A program made the position numbers and the translations under genes. A DNA stretch of 64,000 nucleotides, from contig CAIYRH010000015.1 of assembly GCA_903928565.1 (NCBI GenBank), positions 11,569-75,568 of the forward strand, written 5' to 3'. Under the pieces are notes generated by a model. The model saw only the letters and a program-made list of their open reading frames with translations. It was not told the DNA's origin and made no database searches. Positions 55,803 to 64,000 of this stretch are shown here, piece by piece. This DNA is from Candidatus Staskawiczbacteria bacterium. Its GTDB lineage: Bacteria; Patescibacteriota; Minisyncoccia; Minisyncoccales; Staskawiczbacteraceae. How positions within the stretch are numbered: position 1 is the stretch's first letter; each line of letters starts with the position of its first letter.

Positions 55803-56867
55803 TCATAGTCCGCGCCTAGCTTTTCTAAACCGCTCAATTATATAATTGAGCCAGTATTTTTTAGAAACAACAAAATCTTGCGTTTTAATATACTCTTGTT
55901 TGTAGCCCCCAAAACCCATTTTAAATAGCGTTGGGCCCGCCCACGGATGCGCAGGAAATTTGTCCGGGTCTGTAAAACCCCAAAAATCATAAATTTTACA
56001 ATGCCTATTTTTTGCCTCTTTAATTGCTTCCCATTGTAATAAATAAGGAATAGATAGTTTGGAAAATTTTCCAACAGACGCAGCTTGGTGATAAAAGGCT
56101 ATTCCAGACCAAAAAATAATGATTGCTCCTGCCACAACTTCGCCCTTATATTTTCCAAACATAAAAACAACTTCCTTATTTTTGTTAAACGTTGTAAATT
56201 CGTTGTTTATAAATTCGTCTGAAAATGGAACAAAACCCTGCCTTTTAGATACTTCTTTATTTAATTTCTGATAAATTTTAATGTCTTCTGGGTTTGTGCT
56301 TTTTTCAATAACTACATCTGGGTTTTCTGAAACTTTTTTAATTAAATAGCGCGTTGTTTTGCGCATATTGCTTAAAAGTTCGGCCTCGGGTAAATAAACG
56401 TCTAGCTTCCAGGTTGATTCGTACGACGAAGAGTGCATGGGGGCTTCTCTAAACCCCAAGTCTAAAAATAAATTTCGGTTTTCTAAATTATCAAAGAAAA
56501 GCGGTGAAACCCTTATAAAACTGGCGTTTTCTTTTTGTGCAATGTGATTTAATTGAACCAGAATTATTTCAAAAATTTCTTTTTTATCTTTAATTGGCAA
56601 GCTTTCAATTACTACTGGACCATGTGGAATAAATAAAAAAGTGCCCCTTTTTGCAGAAATTTTGTTAACAAAAACAACGGCAATTAATTTATTAGCGCTG
56701 TAGACGCCAAGTCTCCAAATTTTACCTTGGCTCGCCGAAGCTTTAGCGGAAGTGGCGCCAAGCGCACAAACTTCTGCCCAATCCCATGATTGCAAAAAAG
56801 TCTTTTCAGAGCGCTCTGAAAGAAAATCTTCCCATTCTTCCCTATTTGTGATTTCTCTAATTTCCAT
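55803..56867 (-). CDS. FemAB/FemX-family peptidoglycan peptide-bridge aminoacyltransferase
   Basis: 354 aa. FLQSWDW, FIPHGPV, FYHQAAS, YDFWG. Confidence 0.8.
   Translation of the reverse strand: MEIREITNREEWEDFLSERSEKTFLQSWDWAEVCALGATSAKASASQGKIWRLGVYSANKLIAVVFVNKISAKRGTFLFIPHGPVVIESLPIKDKKEIFEIILVQLNHIAQKENASFIRVSPLFFDNLENRNLFLDLGFREAPMHSSSYESTWKLDVYLPEAELLSNMRKTTRYLIKKVSENPDVVIEKSTNPEDIKIYQKLNKEVSKRQGFVPFSDEFINNEFTTFNKNKEVVFMFGKYKGEVVAGAIIIFWSGIAFYHQAASVGKFSKLSIPYLLQWEAIKEAKNRHCKIYDFWGFTDPDKFPAHPWAGPTLFKMGFGGYKQEYIKTQDFVVSKKYWLNYIIERFRKARRGL
56726..56768 (-). repeat. GC-rich mini-element, in-frame inside femX (encodes GATSAKASASQG)
   Basis: Sense-strand core TCCGCTAAAGCTTCGGCGAGCCAAGG. 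The paralog at 60681-61658 lacks ~9 residues at this position. Confidence 0.8.
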
Positions 56868-57324
56868 TTAAAATGCTTTTTAATGTTTTATATTGGTCAT
56901 CAAATAAAACTATATTAACTTCTGGATCCTTGCCAGAGCTAATTGGATAAATTGAATCGTCTTTTCCCACAAAAATAAACTTATTAAGAGCATCTGTGTG
57001 AATTTTTGCTAATTTAAGCAACTTTTCGTTAATGGTGGCTAAATAATTATATGTTTCCCATGCCTTACCAGCTTCTTCAAAATTATTTTTTGCAATTAGT
57101 TTAATTTTTGAAAAATCAAAATTTTTAAAAAAAACTATGCCCAGTTCTTCTTTACATTCTCTCAAGAGAGCTTCTTGATCGTCCTCATTTGCTTCAATCC
57201 CTCCTGCCCAAGTGCCCTGACAAACAAAAGGAAACGAATCTTTTATAGACCGTTTTTGCAATGCCACTTTTCCCTTATTCTTCCCATTTCCCAGTATTAT
57301 CCATGCAGAAATTGTTCTGGTCAT
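56857..57324 (-). CDS. Nudix hydrolase
   Basis: Nudix box GGIEANEDDQEALLRECKEELGI. Confidence 0.75.
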   Translation of the reverse strand: MTRTISAWIILGNGKNKGKVALQKRSIKDSFPFVCQGTWAGGIEANEDDQEALLRECKEELGIVFFKNFDFSKIKLIAKNNFEEAGKAWETYNYLATINEKLLKLAKIHTDALNKFIFVGKDDSIYPISSGKDPEVNIVLFDDQYKTLKSILNGN

Positions 57325-57770
57325 TGATTTTTTATGTAAAATTTATTTTGCAAATAATTATCTATTACCATAAAACTTGGAAAATATCGTGGGTACGGCA
57401 AATCTGTCAGGGGAAACCATTTCCATTCAATTATTTCATCGGGTTCCATTACCTGGGCTTCACCAACCCATTCTTTGGCAACCATGCCTGCTGTAAGAAA
57501 ATGAGCGTGTTCATTTTTGCAATTATGCATTGAAATTACCACGGGGTCTTTAATGTCAATTCCAGTTTCTTCTTTAACTTCTCTAATGGCACCTTCTTCT
57601 AAAGTTTCGCCAAAATCTAGTTTTCCGCCCGGTAAACACCACTCGCCGGCGCTTCTAAATGCCGAGTCTGCTTTGACTGGGTCTGGGTGGCGCATGCCAA
57701 GCAAAATTTTGCCGTCTTTTTCCAAAATTACGCCCAACCCGGCGCCAACTCTCTTTTTTTCTTCCGCCAT
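57321..57770 (-). CDS. Nudix hydrolase
   Basis: Nudix box GGKLDFGETLEEGAIREVKEETGI. Confidence 0.85.
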   Translation of the reverse strand: MAEEKKRVGAGLGVILEKDGKILLGMRHPDPVKADSAFRSAGEWCLPGGKLDFGETLEEGAIREVKEETGIDIKDPVVISMHNCKNEHAHFLTAGMVAKEWVGEAQVMEPDEIIEWKWFPLTDLPYPRYFPSFMVIDNYLQNKFYIKNQ

Positions 57771-57782
57771 AATATTTATTAA

Positions 57783-59078
57783 TTAATTATATTTTTTTAG
57801 GAAGTTAACAATTCTTTCGGCGTTTTTTCTTGAAATGTTTATGTGCGTGGGTAAATTTAGCGTTTCTTTGGCAAGAGTTTCTGCATTTGGGCAACTGCCT
57901 TGTGTGTATTTTATTTCTTCCATTTTTGTATCAAATGGTGCTATTGGAGTTGTGTACCAGTCCCCCAACAAAATATTTTGCTTGTGCCAGGCCTCGTAAA
58001 TTATTTCGTGGGCCTTTTTGTGTTTTACAGTAAAGCGCAAAAAAATGTTTTTTCTTTCGGGAAATCCATTTGGTAATTGAAAAGAAGTATTTTTTAAATG
58101 TTCGTAATAATATTCCGAAATTTTTTTTCTAAAACTGTTAAATTTATCAAGTTTATAAAACTGATTCAATGCAAGCATGGCAAGTGCGTTTGGCAAAGCT
58201 TTTGGAAAATAATCGGGGCGCTGGCCTTGTTTTTCTTGCCAACTAACTGCTTTAGATAAAATGTGGAACCACTGCGAAAATACTAAAAATATCTTTCCTA
58301 AATCTAAAAAATTGTAAATTGGTAAAACAACGTAATTTAAATATATGGGGTGCATTAATTGCTGAAACGTCCAAAAGCGCGAAGGTTGAGCAAATTCCTT
58401 TTGTCTCCCTTCGGGAGATCTGCCGTAGGCAGATAATTCTTCCAACTTTTTGGCAAGTTCTTCATCATTTGTGGTAACCATTCCGCCATAAACCGAGGAA
58501 ATTACTTTGTCTCTGCCAAAACTGAAAAATGCAGCCTTGCTGTTAGCGCCCACCTTAAGGCCGTTAAACTCCGAACCCAGTGAATGGGCGCAATCTTCTA
58601 TTAAAATAAGCTTGTAGGCGCCACAAATGGCCCTAATTACGTCCATATTAGCCGGAAGTCCAAAAGTATGCTGGACAATAACAACACGCGTCTTGGGCGT
58701 AATTTTGGCCTCTAGATCGGTTGGGCTTATGTTAAAGTCATCTTTGTTGCAATCAACGTAAATTGGCTCTAAACCCGCCCACAAAACGGGGTTTGGAACA
58801 GCATTGCAGGTGAAAGCTTGAAGCAACACTTCATCGCCAGCTTTTAACCCTTCAACTGCGCTAAGAGCCTTAAGAATTGCAAAAAAAGAACTTCTGCCCG
58901 AATTAAACGAAAAAGCATATTTAACGCCAAGATATTTTTTAAATTCGGTTTCTAACTCTTTTATTGCCTTGCCTTTTCGCCACAACCACGGCCGAATAAT
59001 TAAATTTAGCGCAAGATGCAAATCATCTTTTTCTACGTTTGGGCTTAACGAAATTGAAATCGGCTTAAAATAACTCAT
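57783..59078 (-). CDS. DegT/DnrJ/EryC1/StrS-family PLP-dependent aminotransferase
   Basis: 431 aa with the fold-type I sugar aminotransferase pattern (DEVLLQAFTCNA, FSFGRDKVIS). Confidence 0.8.
   Translation of the reverse strand: MSYFKPISISLSPNVEKDDLHLALNLIIRPWLWRKGKAIKELETEFKKYLGVKYAFSFNSGRSSFFAILKALSAVEGLKAGDEVLLQAFTCNAVPNPVLWAGLEPIYVDCNKDDFNISPTDLEAKITPKTRVVIVQHTFGLPANMDVIRAICGAYKLILIEDCAHSLGSEFNGLKVGANSKAAFFSFGRDKVISSVYGGMVTTNDEELAKKLEELSAYGRSPEGRQKEFAQPSRFWTFQQLMHPIYLNYVVLPIYNFLDLGKIFLVFSQWFHILSKAVSWQEKQGQRPDYFPKALPNALAMLALNQFYKLDKFNSFRKKISEYYYEHLKNTSFQLPNGFPERKNIFLRFTVKHKKAHEIIYEAWHKQNILLGDWYTTPIAPFDTKMEEIKYTQGSCPNAETLAKETLNLPTHINISRKNAERIVNFLKKYN
58404..58434. repeat. twin GC-rich hairpins inside degT (encode YGRSPEGRQ)
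   Basis: TCTCCC-ttc-GGGAGA is immediately followed by ATCTGCC-gta-GGCAGAT. Confidence 0.8.
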
Positions 59079-60679
59079 TCTGTTAGAAGTTTAATTAATT
59101 TTGCTGGCACCCTGCCTTCTAATAAAACCGCATCGCCCTCTTTGCAAAAAAGCGTAATCATTGAATAAATATCTTGTGGCTTATTGCACAATACGCACTT
59201 ACCTTTATATTTGCCTGTCTTTTTAAAACCCTCTTCTATTTCTTTAAATTTATCTTTGTTGGTTATTATTGCTAGGTCGCAAATTTTGCCAATTTTTCTG
59301 CCAATTTTTTCGTGAATTTCTGAAGATTTTGTGCCCAACTCTATTAAACATGGCATAACAATAACTTTTTTGTTTGCAAAAATTGATAAATATTCTAAGT
59401 CAGCTAAAACTCCGTCGGGGTTTGCAGAATATGATGAATCGATGATATATATATTGTGTTTTCCTTTTTTTAAAATGGCCCCGGCGCTTTTTGAAGAAAT
59501 ATTTTTGCAAGCTTCAGAAATATCACCAAAATTTATACCCAGCTCGCTTGCTATTAAAATTGCCCCTAAAAGATTTTGCACGTTTTGTTTGCCCAAAACA
59601 TTTACACCAAAATGAGCTAAATCACCCAACTTATTAATAGCCAAAAACGAAATGTTGTCTTTATGAACAGTAACGCTGTCTGACCAAATGTCGGCATCTA
59701 TTATTTTATTACTCAAGCTATAAACCCTTTTTAGGCCTTTAAAATTTTTATAAAGATCTAAACAATATTTATTGTCACCATTTACAAACAAGGTTCCATC
59801 TTGGGGCAGAGCTTCTGCCAATTCGCCACCACCTTCGGCCATAAGTAGGTTTTTCATAGAGCCAAAAAGCGCCAAGTGCTGTTCGTTAACCCCCGTGACA
59901 ACTCCTATTTTCGGCTGGGTTATTTCACATAATAATTTTATTTCACCTTTTCTGTAAGCTGCCATTTCAACAATAAAAATTTCGTGTTCGGGCTTTAAAT
60001 CTTTTAAAATTGTTGCTGCAATTCCAATTTCTGTGTTAGTGTTGCCAGAAGTTTTTAAAACTTTATATTTTTTAGATAAAAATTCATAAAGAAATTCTTT
60101 GGTTGAGCTTTTTCCATAAGAGCCGGTTATTCCTATAACTGTAAGGTTTTTGCTTTGTTTTATTTTTTCCTTCGCTTTTTTATATATCGATTTTTTAATC
60201 AATAAAGTTGGAATTTGTAATAATTCTGTTATTAACAATGTTGCCAAAGGCAGAGTTATTTCTACTATAACAATAAATAAAAATAAATTATTTATAAATA
60301 TAGTCGCACAAAAAGCCAAAATAGCCATAGGCAAAAGTAACAAAATGATAGCTTTTTTGGTGAATTTTGGGGTGCTCCATCGCTTTTTAAGCAACAAAAT
60401 TACAGAATATAAGCCAAGCAAACAAAAAATTACTAAAACCATACTATTCCAAACAAGTAAGCCTTTATATTTTAAGAAAATTGGTAGTAATAATAAAATT
60501 ATAACAGGAATAACTGCCATGCTTGGAAAAATGGCTTTTGCAAAGCGTTTTGCATCGCCTAGCATTCTATCGACTCGATATTCTTTTAGTTGCCAAAAAT
60601 AAATACAATAAAATACTTTTTGTATTGCATGAGTTGCCCAAAATAAAATAAGAATATAAATAATATAGCTTAAAAACAT
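59075..60679 (-). CDS. MurF-like Mur ligase with an N-terminal ~165-aa multi-TM domain
   Basis: GITGSYGKSSTKEF and the Mur ligase central and C-terminal domains. The N-terminus has ~5 hydrophobic helices instead of the usual soluble domain. Confidence 0.75.
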   Translation of the reverse strand: MFLSYIIYILILFWATHAIQKVFYCIYFWQLKEYRVDRMLGDAKRFAKAIFPSMAVIPVIILLLLPIFLKYKGLLVWNSMVLVIFCLLGLYSVILLLKKRWSTPKFTKKAIILLLLPMAILAFCATIFINNLFLFIVIVEITLPLATLLITELLQIPTLLIKKSIYKKAKEKIKQSKNLTVIGITGSYGKSSTKEFLYEFLSKKYKVLKTSGNTNTEIGIAATILKDLKPEHEIFIVEMAAYRKGEIKLLCEITQPKIGVVTGVNEQHLALFGSMKNLLMAEGGGELAEALPQDGTLFVNGDNKYCLDLYKNFKGLKRVYSLSNKIIDADIWSDSVTVHKDNISFLAINKLGDLAHFGVNVLGKQNVQNLLGAILIASELGINFGDISEACKNISSKSAGAILKKGKHNIYIIDSSYSANPDGVLADLEYLSIFANKKVIVMPCLIELGTKSSEIHEKIGRKIGKICDLAIITNKDKFKEIEEGFKKTGKYKGKCVLCNKPQDIYSMITLFCKEGDAVLLEGRVPAKLIKLLTE

Positions 60680-60680
60680 T

Positions 60681-61658
60681 TTATTTTTTAACTGCTTTAA
60701 TTATTTCGTAAATTTTATACCAAAAATTATTAAAAATTATATCAACGCCCTCTGGATATTCAAGCTCGGTGCCACCAAAACCCTTTTTAAAAGAAGTTAA
60801 TGTTGGCCATTTTTTTTCATCTATACCCCATAAATCTAATTCTTTAAAGCCGCTTTTCTTGGCATGTAAAAGAATTTCCCAGTTTAAAAGGTTAGAGGCT
60901 TTAACGTTTCTAAACTGATAATCTGAGCCAGAATGCAAAGTGGTTGCCCTGTTATTAAAAAACAAAACTATTGTTGCATTTGTGGTTTTATTATTATATT
61001 TTGCTGAAAATAACGAAGCTTTTATGGCGCTATTATTAATTTCAAAAATTTCTTTATAGTGTTTTTCTGAATAAATGCCAAATTCTTGCCTGTTTTTTGT
61101 TTTTTCTAGAAGGCCATAAAACTCTGGAGAATAAATGCTAGATTCTTTAATTGTAACGCCGGTTCTTTTTGCTAAACCAATATTATATTTAGTAGTTCTG
61201 CTAAAAGTTTTAAATAATTCGTCTTCTGTTTTAGTAGGGTCTAAAATTAGCGTTTTTTTTGGCTGTACGCGTCTTGGTGGTGTTTTTACTTTATATTTTT
61301 CTATGCCCTCTATTAAACCTAACGGCTCTATTCTTAAAAAAATGCAATTTTCTGTAACTGATAATTCTTTTAGTTTATCAATAATATAGTTTATTGCCTG
61401 GGCTTTATGCGTTGCACTTAAATTATTTTTAAATACCGGGCCAAAAGCAATGTAAAAATAATTTTTAGATAAAGATGTTTCTTTTGTAAGCTGAACTTGG
61501 GCAACTATAATATTATTTTCTGTAATTACAATTCTGAAAATTTTCTGGCCGGCCCGTTGTTGCAGTTGACCCCACTCGAAGGTTTGCAAAAAACTGCCGT
61601 TATTTTCTACAACAAAATTGTTCCATTCTTCTTTGTTCTCGCAAAAGTGTGAATCCAT
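60681..61658 (-). CDS. FemAB/FemX-family aminoacyltransferase (paralog)
   Basis: 325 aa. FLQTFEW, IAFGPV, LDLWG. Confidence 0.8.
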   Translation of the reverse strand: MDSHFCENKEEWNNFVVENNGSFLQTFEWGQLQQRAGQKIFRIVITENNIIVAQVQLTKETSLSKNYFYIAFGPVFKNNLSATHKAQAINYIIDKLKELSVTENCIFLRIEPLGLIEGIEKYKVKTPPRRVQPKKTLILDPTKTEDELFKTFSRTTKYNIGLAKRTGVTIKESSIYSPEFYGLLEKTKNRQEFGIYSEKHYKEIFEINNSAIKASLFSAKYNNKTTNATIVLFFNNRATTLHSGSDYQFRNVKASNLLNWEILLHAKKSGFKELDLWGIDEKKWPTLTSFKKGFGGTELEYPEGVDIIFNNFWYKIYEIIKAVKK

Positions 61659-61664
61659 TTAGAA

Positions 61665-62414
61665 TTATATATTTTCTAAAATTTTCTCGACTAAAATTTC
61701 CGGACATTCTTTATTCAAAATGTGTCCAGCTCCATTTATTACAACCAATTTAGAATTTTTTATTTTGCTGTGCATAAAATGAGCATCGTCAATGGGCGTT
61801 GATTGATCTTTATCGCCCCAAATAATGACAGTTGGAGTCCTAATAAAACCTGTAAACTGAGAAAGGTCTTCGGCAATAACGTTTTTATAGGTTTCTTTCA
61901 TTTGGTCGGGCACATGGACATAATCACTTTTCCTTATTATAAACTTATAAAAAGCTTTTCTAAATAAGTCGTAAAATGGTACAAACGAAAATATTTTTAC
62001 AATTTTAGAAATATTTCTATATGTTGATTTTGTTGCTGTTTTCTTTCTAACAGAGGCTGCAGCCACTAGAAACAACTTCTTAACTTTTTGCGGGTATTTT
62101 ATTGCCAATTTACATGCCAAAGCACCACCAAAAGAGTGCCCCATTAAATAAAATTCATCTAAATTAAGTTGTTTTACAAACTCGTCTACCCAATTGGTGT
62201 AGTTGTTCATGTTCCACGGCGCCGTTAGTGCGTCTGATTTCCCAAAACCAGGCATATCGGGAACAATAACCTTCAGGCCTTTTTCGGCAATAAGTTCTGC
62301 AACTGGTTGCCAGCGTTCGGAATTTGAACCCCAGCCGTGTAAAATTAAAAAGGGCTTACCCTCGCCAAATGTTTGATAATTTGTTTTAATTCCGTTTATA
62401 TTTATTTCTGGCAT
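61665..62414 (-). CDS. alpha/beta-fold hydrolase
   Basis: HGWGS, nucleophile elbow GHSFGG, and C-terminal GAGH. Confidence 0.8.
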   Translation of the reverse strand: MPEININGIKTNYQTFGEGKPFLILHGWGSNSERWQPVAELIAEKGLKVIVPDMPGFGKSDALTAPWNMNNYTNWVDEFVKQLNLDEFYLMGHSFGGALACKLAIKYPQKVKKLFLVAAASVRKKTATKSTYRNISKIVKIFSFVPFYDLFRKAFYKFIIRKSDYVHVPDQMKETYKNVIAEDLSQFTGFIRTPTVIIWGDKDQSTPIDDAHFMHSKIKNSKLVVINGAGHILNKECPEILVEKILENI

Positions 62415-62425
62415 AACTTTAAACT

Positions 62426-63676
62426 TTATGACTTTATCACTTTAAAACCCGTGTATTTTTGTAAAACTTTTGGCACTTTAATTGAGCCATCTTTTTGTTG
62501 GTAATTTTCCATTATCATTATTAAAATTCTTCCGATTGCAAAAGCCGTTCCGTTTAAGGTATGTACAAAATTAATTTTACCAGATTTGTCGCGGTAGCGA
62601 ATGTTTAATCTGCGGGCCTGAAAGTCTGTGCAATTTGAGCACGAATGAGTTTCGCGGTATTTTTCTTCACTAGGAAGCCATGCTTCAATGTCGTATTTTT
62701 TTGCCGCCGGTGCACCCAGGTCGCCAGTGCAAATATTTATAACTTGATAGGGCAATTTTAGTGCCTTCATTAATTTTTCTTCAACCGAAAAAATTAATTC
62801 GTGCTCTTTTTTTGACTCATCTGGTTTTGAAAAAATAACCATTTCTAATTTATCAAATTGGTGCACACGCAAAATTCCTTTTGTGTCTTTGCCATAACTG
62901 CCCGCCTCGCGTCTAAAGCAAGTTGAATAACCAACATATCGCAAAGGTAAATCTGATTCATCTAAAATTTCTCCGGCATACATGGCAACTAAAGATTGCT
63001 CTGAAGTGCCGGCCAAAAATACTTTGTCTTCAGCAAAATAGTAGGCTTCTTTTTCATCTGTGGCCTCTAAATAACCCGTGCCCTTTGCCATTTCTTCTTT
63101 TAATAAAACAGGTGGAATTATTGGAATAAATTTATCTTTCTTTACGGTTTCCATTACTAATTGTATTAGGGCAAATTGAAGCATTGCCAAGTCGCCCTTT
63201 ATGTAACCAAATCTGGGTCCTGAAACTTTTCCCGCTCTTTCTGTGTCAATTAAATCTAAATTTTCGCCTAAATCCATGTAATTTTGGGGCTTTGAAAACA
63301 TAAACATAGGCTTATGCCCCACATGTCTTACAACAACGTTTTCTGAATCGTCTTTACCAACCGGCACTTCATCAAACGGAATGTTGGGCAGGCGTAAAAG
63401 TAAACTTTTTAATTCTGCATTAACCCCCTCGAGCTGAGGCTCCATTGATTTTATTTTTTCCTTAATTTCTTTTGCCTGTACAAAAATATCTTTATTTTCT
63501 GCTCCCCCACGGCTAATTTTATTTTGCTCGGCTTTTAGTATTTCCATTTCTGTCATTAATTCCCTTTTTTCTTTGTCTAAACCTAAAACCCTGTCAACGT
63601 CAACGTTAACATTTTTATTTTTGCAGGCAACTTTGACCTTTTGCGAATTTTCCCTAATAAAATTTATATCTAACAT
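62426..63676 (-). CDS. serS: serine--tRNA ligase
   Basis: N-terminal coiled-coil and class II motifs (FRREAGS, GTAFAIGR). Confidence 0.93.
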   Translation of the reverse strand: MLDINFIRENSQKVKVACKNKNVNVDVDRVLGLDKEKRELMTEMEILKAEQNKISRGGAENKDIFVQAKEIKEKIKSMEPQLEGVNAELKSLLLRLPNIPFDEVPVGKDDSENVVVRHVGHKPMFMFSKPQNYMDLGENLDLIDTERAGKVSGPRFGYIKGDLAMLQFALIQLVMETVKKDKFIPIIPPVLLKEEMAKGTGYLEATDEKEAYYFAEDKVFLAGTSEQSLVAMYAGEILDESDLPLRYVGYSTCFRREAGSYGKDTKGILRVHQFDKLEMVIFSKPDESKKEHELIFSVEEKLMKALKLPYQVINICTGDLGAPAAKKYDIEAWLPSEEKYRETHSCSNCTDFQARRLNIRYRDKSGKINFVHTLNGTAFAIGRILIMIMENYQQKDGSIKVPKVLQKYTGFKVIKS

Positions 63677-63824
63677 ATTGTGGTAGTTTAATAAATTAAT
63701 AATATCAAAAATACAACAACCAGTAAACCCATTGACAATAATTACTATAGATGCTAAAAATCAAGTGAGCATGATTCGCGCAGTGCGAAATGTCTGCTCA
63801 TCGGATCATTACCAACCTCACACC

Positions 63825-64000
63825 ATGAAACCAAAACACGTTTTTTGGGCAACACTGTTTATTTCGCTAGGCGTCTGTGCGACGTGGCCAATCAGAAACG
63901 AAGTTGCCATCTATAATCAAGGTTTGCCTTCAGCCGCAGTCATCGACCTCAAGGATTTCTCCGGCCGAATTTTCCCGAGCGAGAAGGTGCACCCGGGAAC
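63825..64000 (+). CDS. possible exported protein, 3'-truncated by the window edge (GC-rich)
   Basis: Hand-translated as MKPKHVFWATLFISLGVCATWPIRNEV... It has a signal-like N-terminus. A TTGACA promoter-like site lies at about 63713. Confidence 0.35.
   Translation, partial: MKPKHVFWATLFISLGVCATWPIRNEVAIYNQGLPSAAVIDLKDFSGRIFPSEKVHPG

Noticed and set aside
55703-55837. An upstream ATG (55837) as the annotated ftsQ start.
   Set aside because: It was not adopted for annotation because it overlaps femX by 35 nt and reads through the 82-nt inverted-repeat element. It is kept as an open question in the findings because the frame is uninterrupted.

Overview
This is an AT-rich, gene-dense bacterial chromosome segment. 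Two hand-counted 60-nt lines illustrate the range: 10501-10560 has 13/60 GC, and island line 7201-7260 has 36/60 GC. By inference the organism looks like a Patescibacteria/CPR (Parcubacteria-like) bacterium. Supporting traits are compact housekeeping genes, almost no Shine-Dalgarno sequences before core genes, a free-standing LAGLIDADG gene, and a dcw/peptidoglycan cluster containing FemX-type transferases and a sortase. Core genes on the + strand, up to ~37.9 kb: a CaCA exchanger, a P-type ATPase, rmuC, rplU, prmC, a MacAB-like ABC efflux module, a T4SS-coupling-like ATPase, thpR, murC, tyrS, aspS, two DD-carboxypeptidases, mraY, tRNA-Ala, a Ctp protease, rplI, pyrG, uppS, metK and an SPFH protein. 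efp and rpmA also lie in this stretch but on the - strand. Core genes on the - strand after 37.9 kb: a lexA/Y-family polymerase operon with an SOS box, a tyrosine recombinase, gltX, murG, ftsW, murD, a sortase, a CAP protein, ftsQ, femX x2, Nudix x2, degT, a murF-like gene and serS. Three layers of non-core sequence sit on top of this. (1) At least seven GC-rich orphan islands or cassettes, each with its own promoter and terminator, several with strong SD sites. They include an HNH plus PAICS-like (SAICAR-synthase/degenerate PurE) pair and an island abutting tRNA-Ala. (2) Two cassettes with near-identical promoter/5'-hairpin and terminator/3'-box flanks but unrelated ORFs, next to the tyrosine recombinase. 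Both carry a 12-mer (ATTGTGCGACAA) that recurs four times in the window. (3) A family of short GC-rich palindromic mini-elements inserted in-frame into housekeeping genes (prmC, thpR, murC, femX, degT and an HhH protein). No CRISPR array, rRNA or reverse transcriptase was seen.
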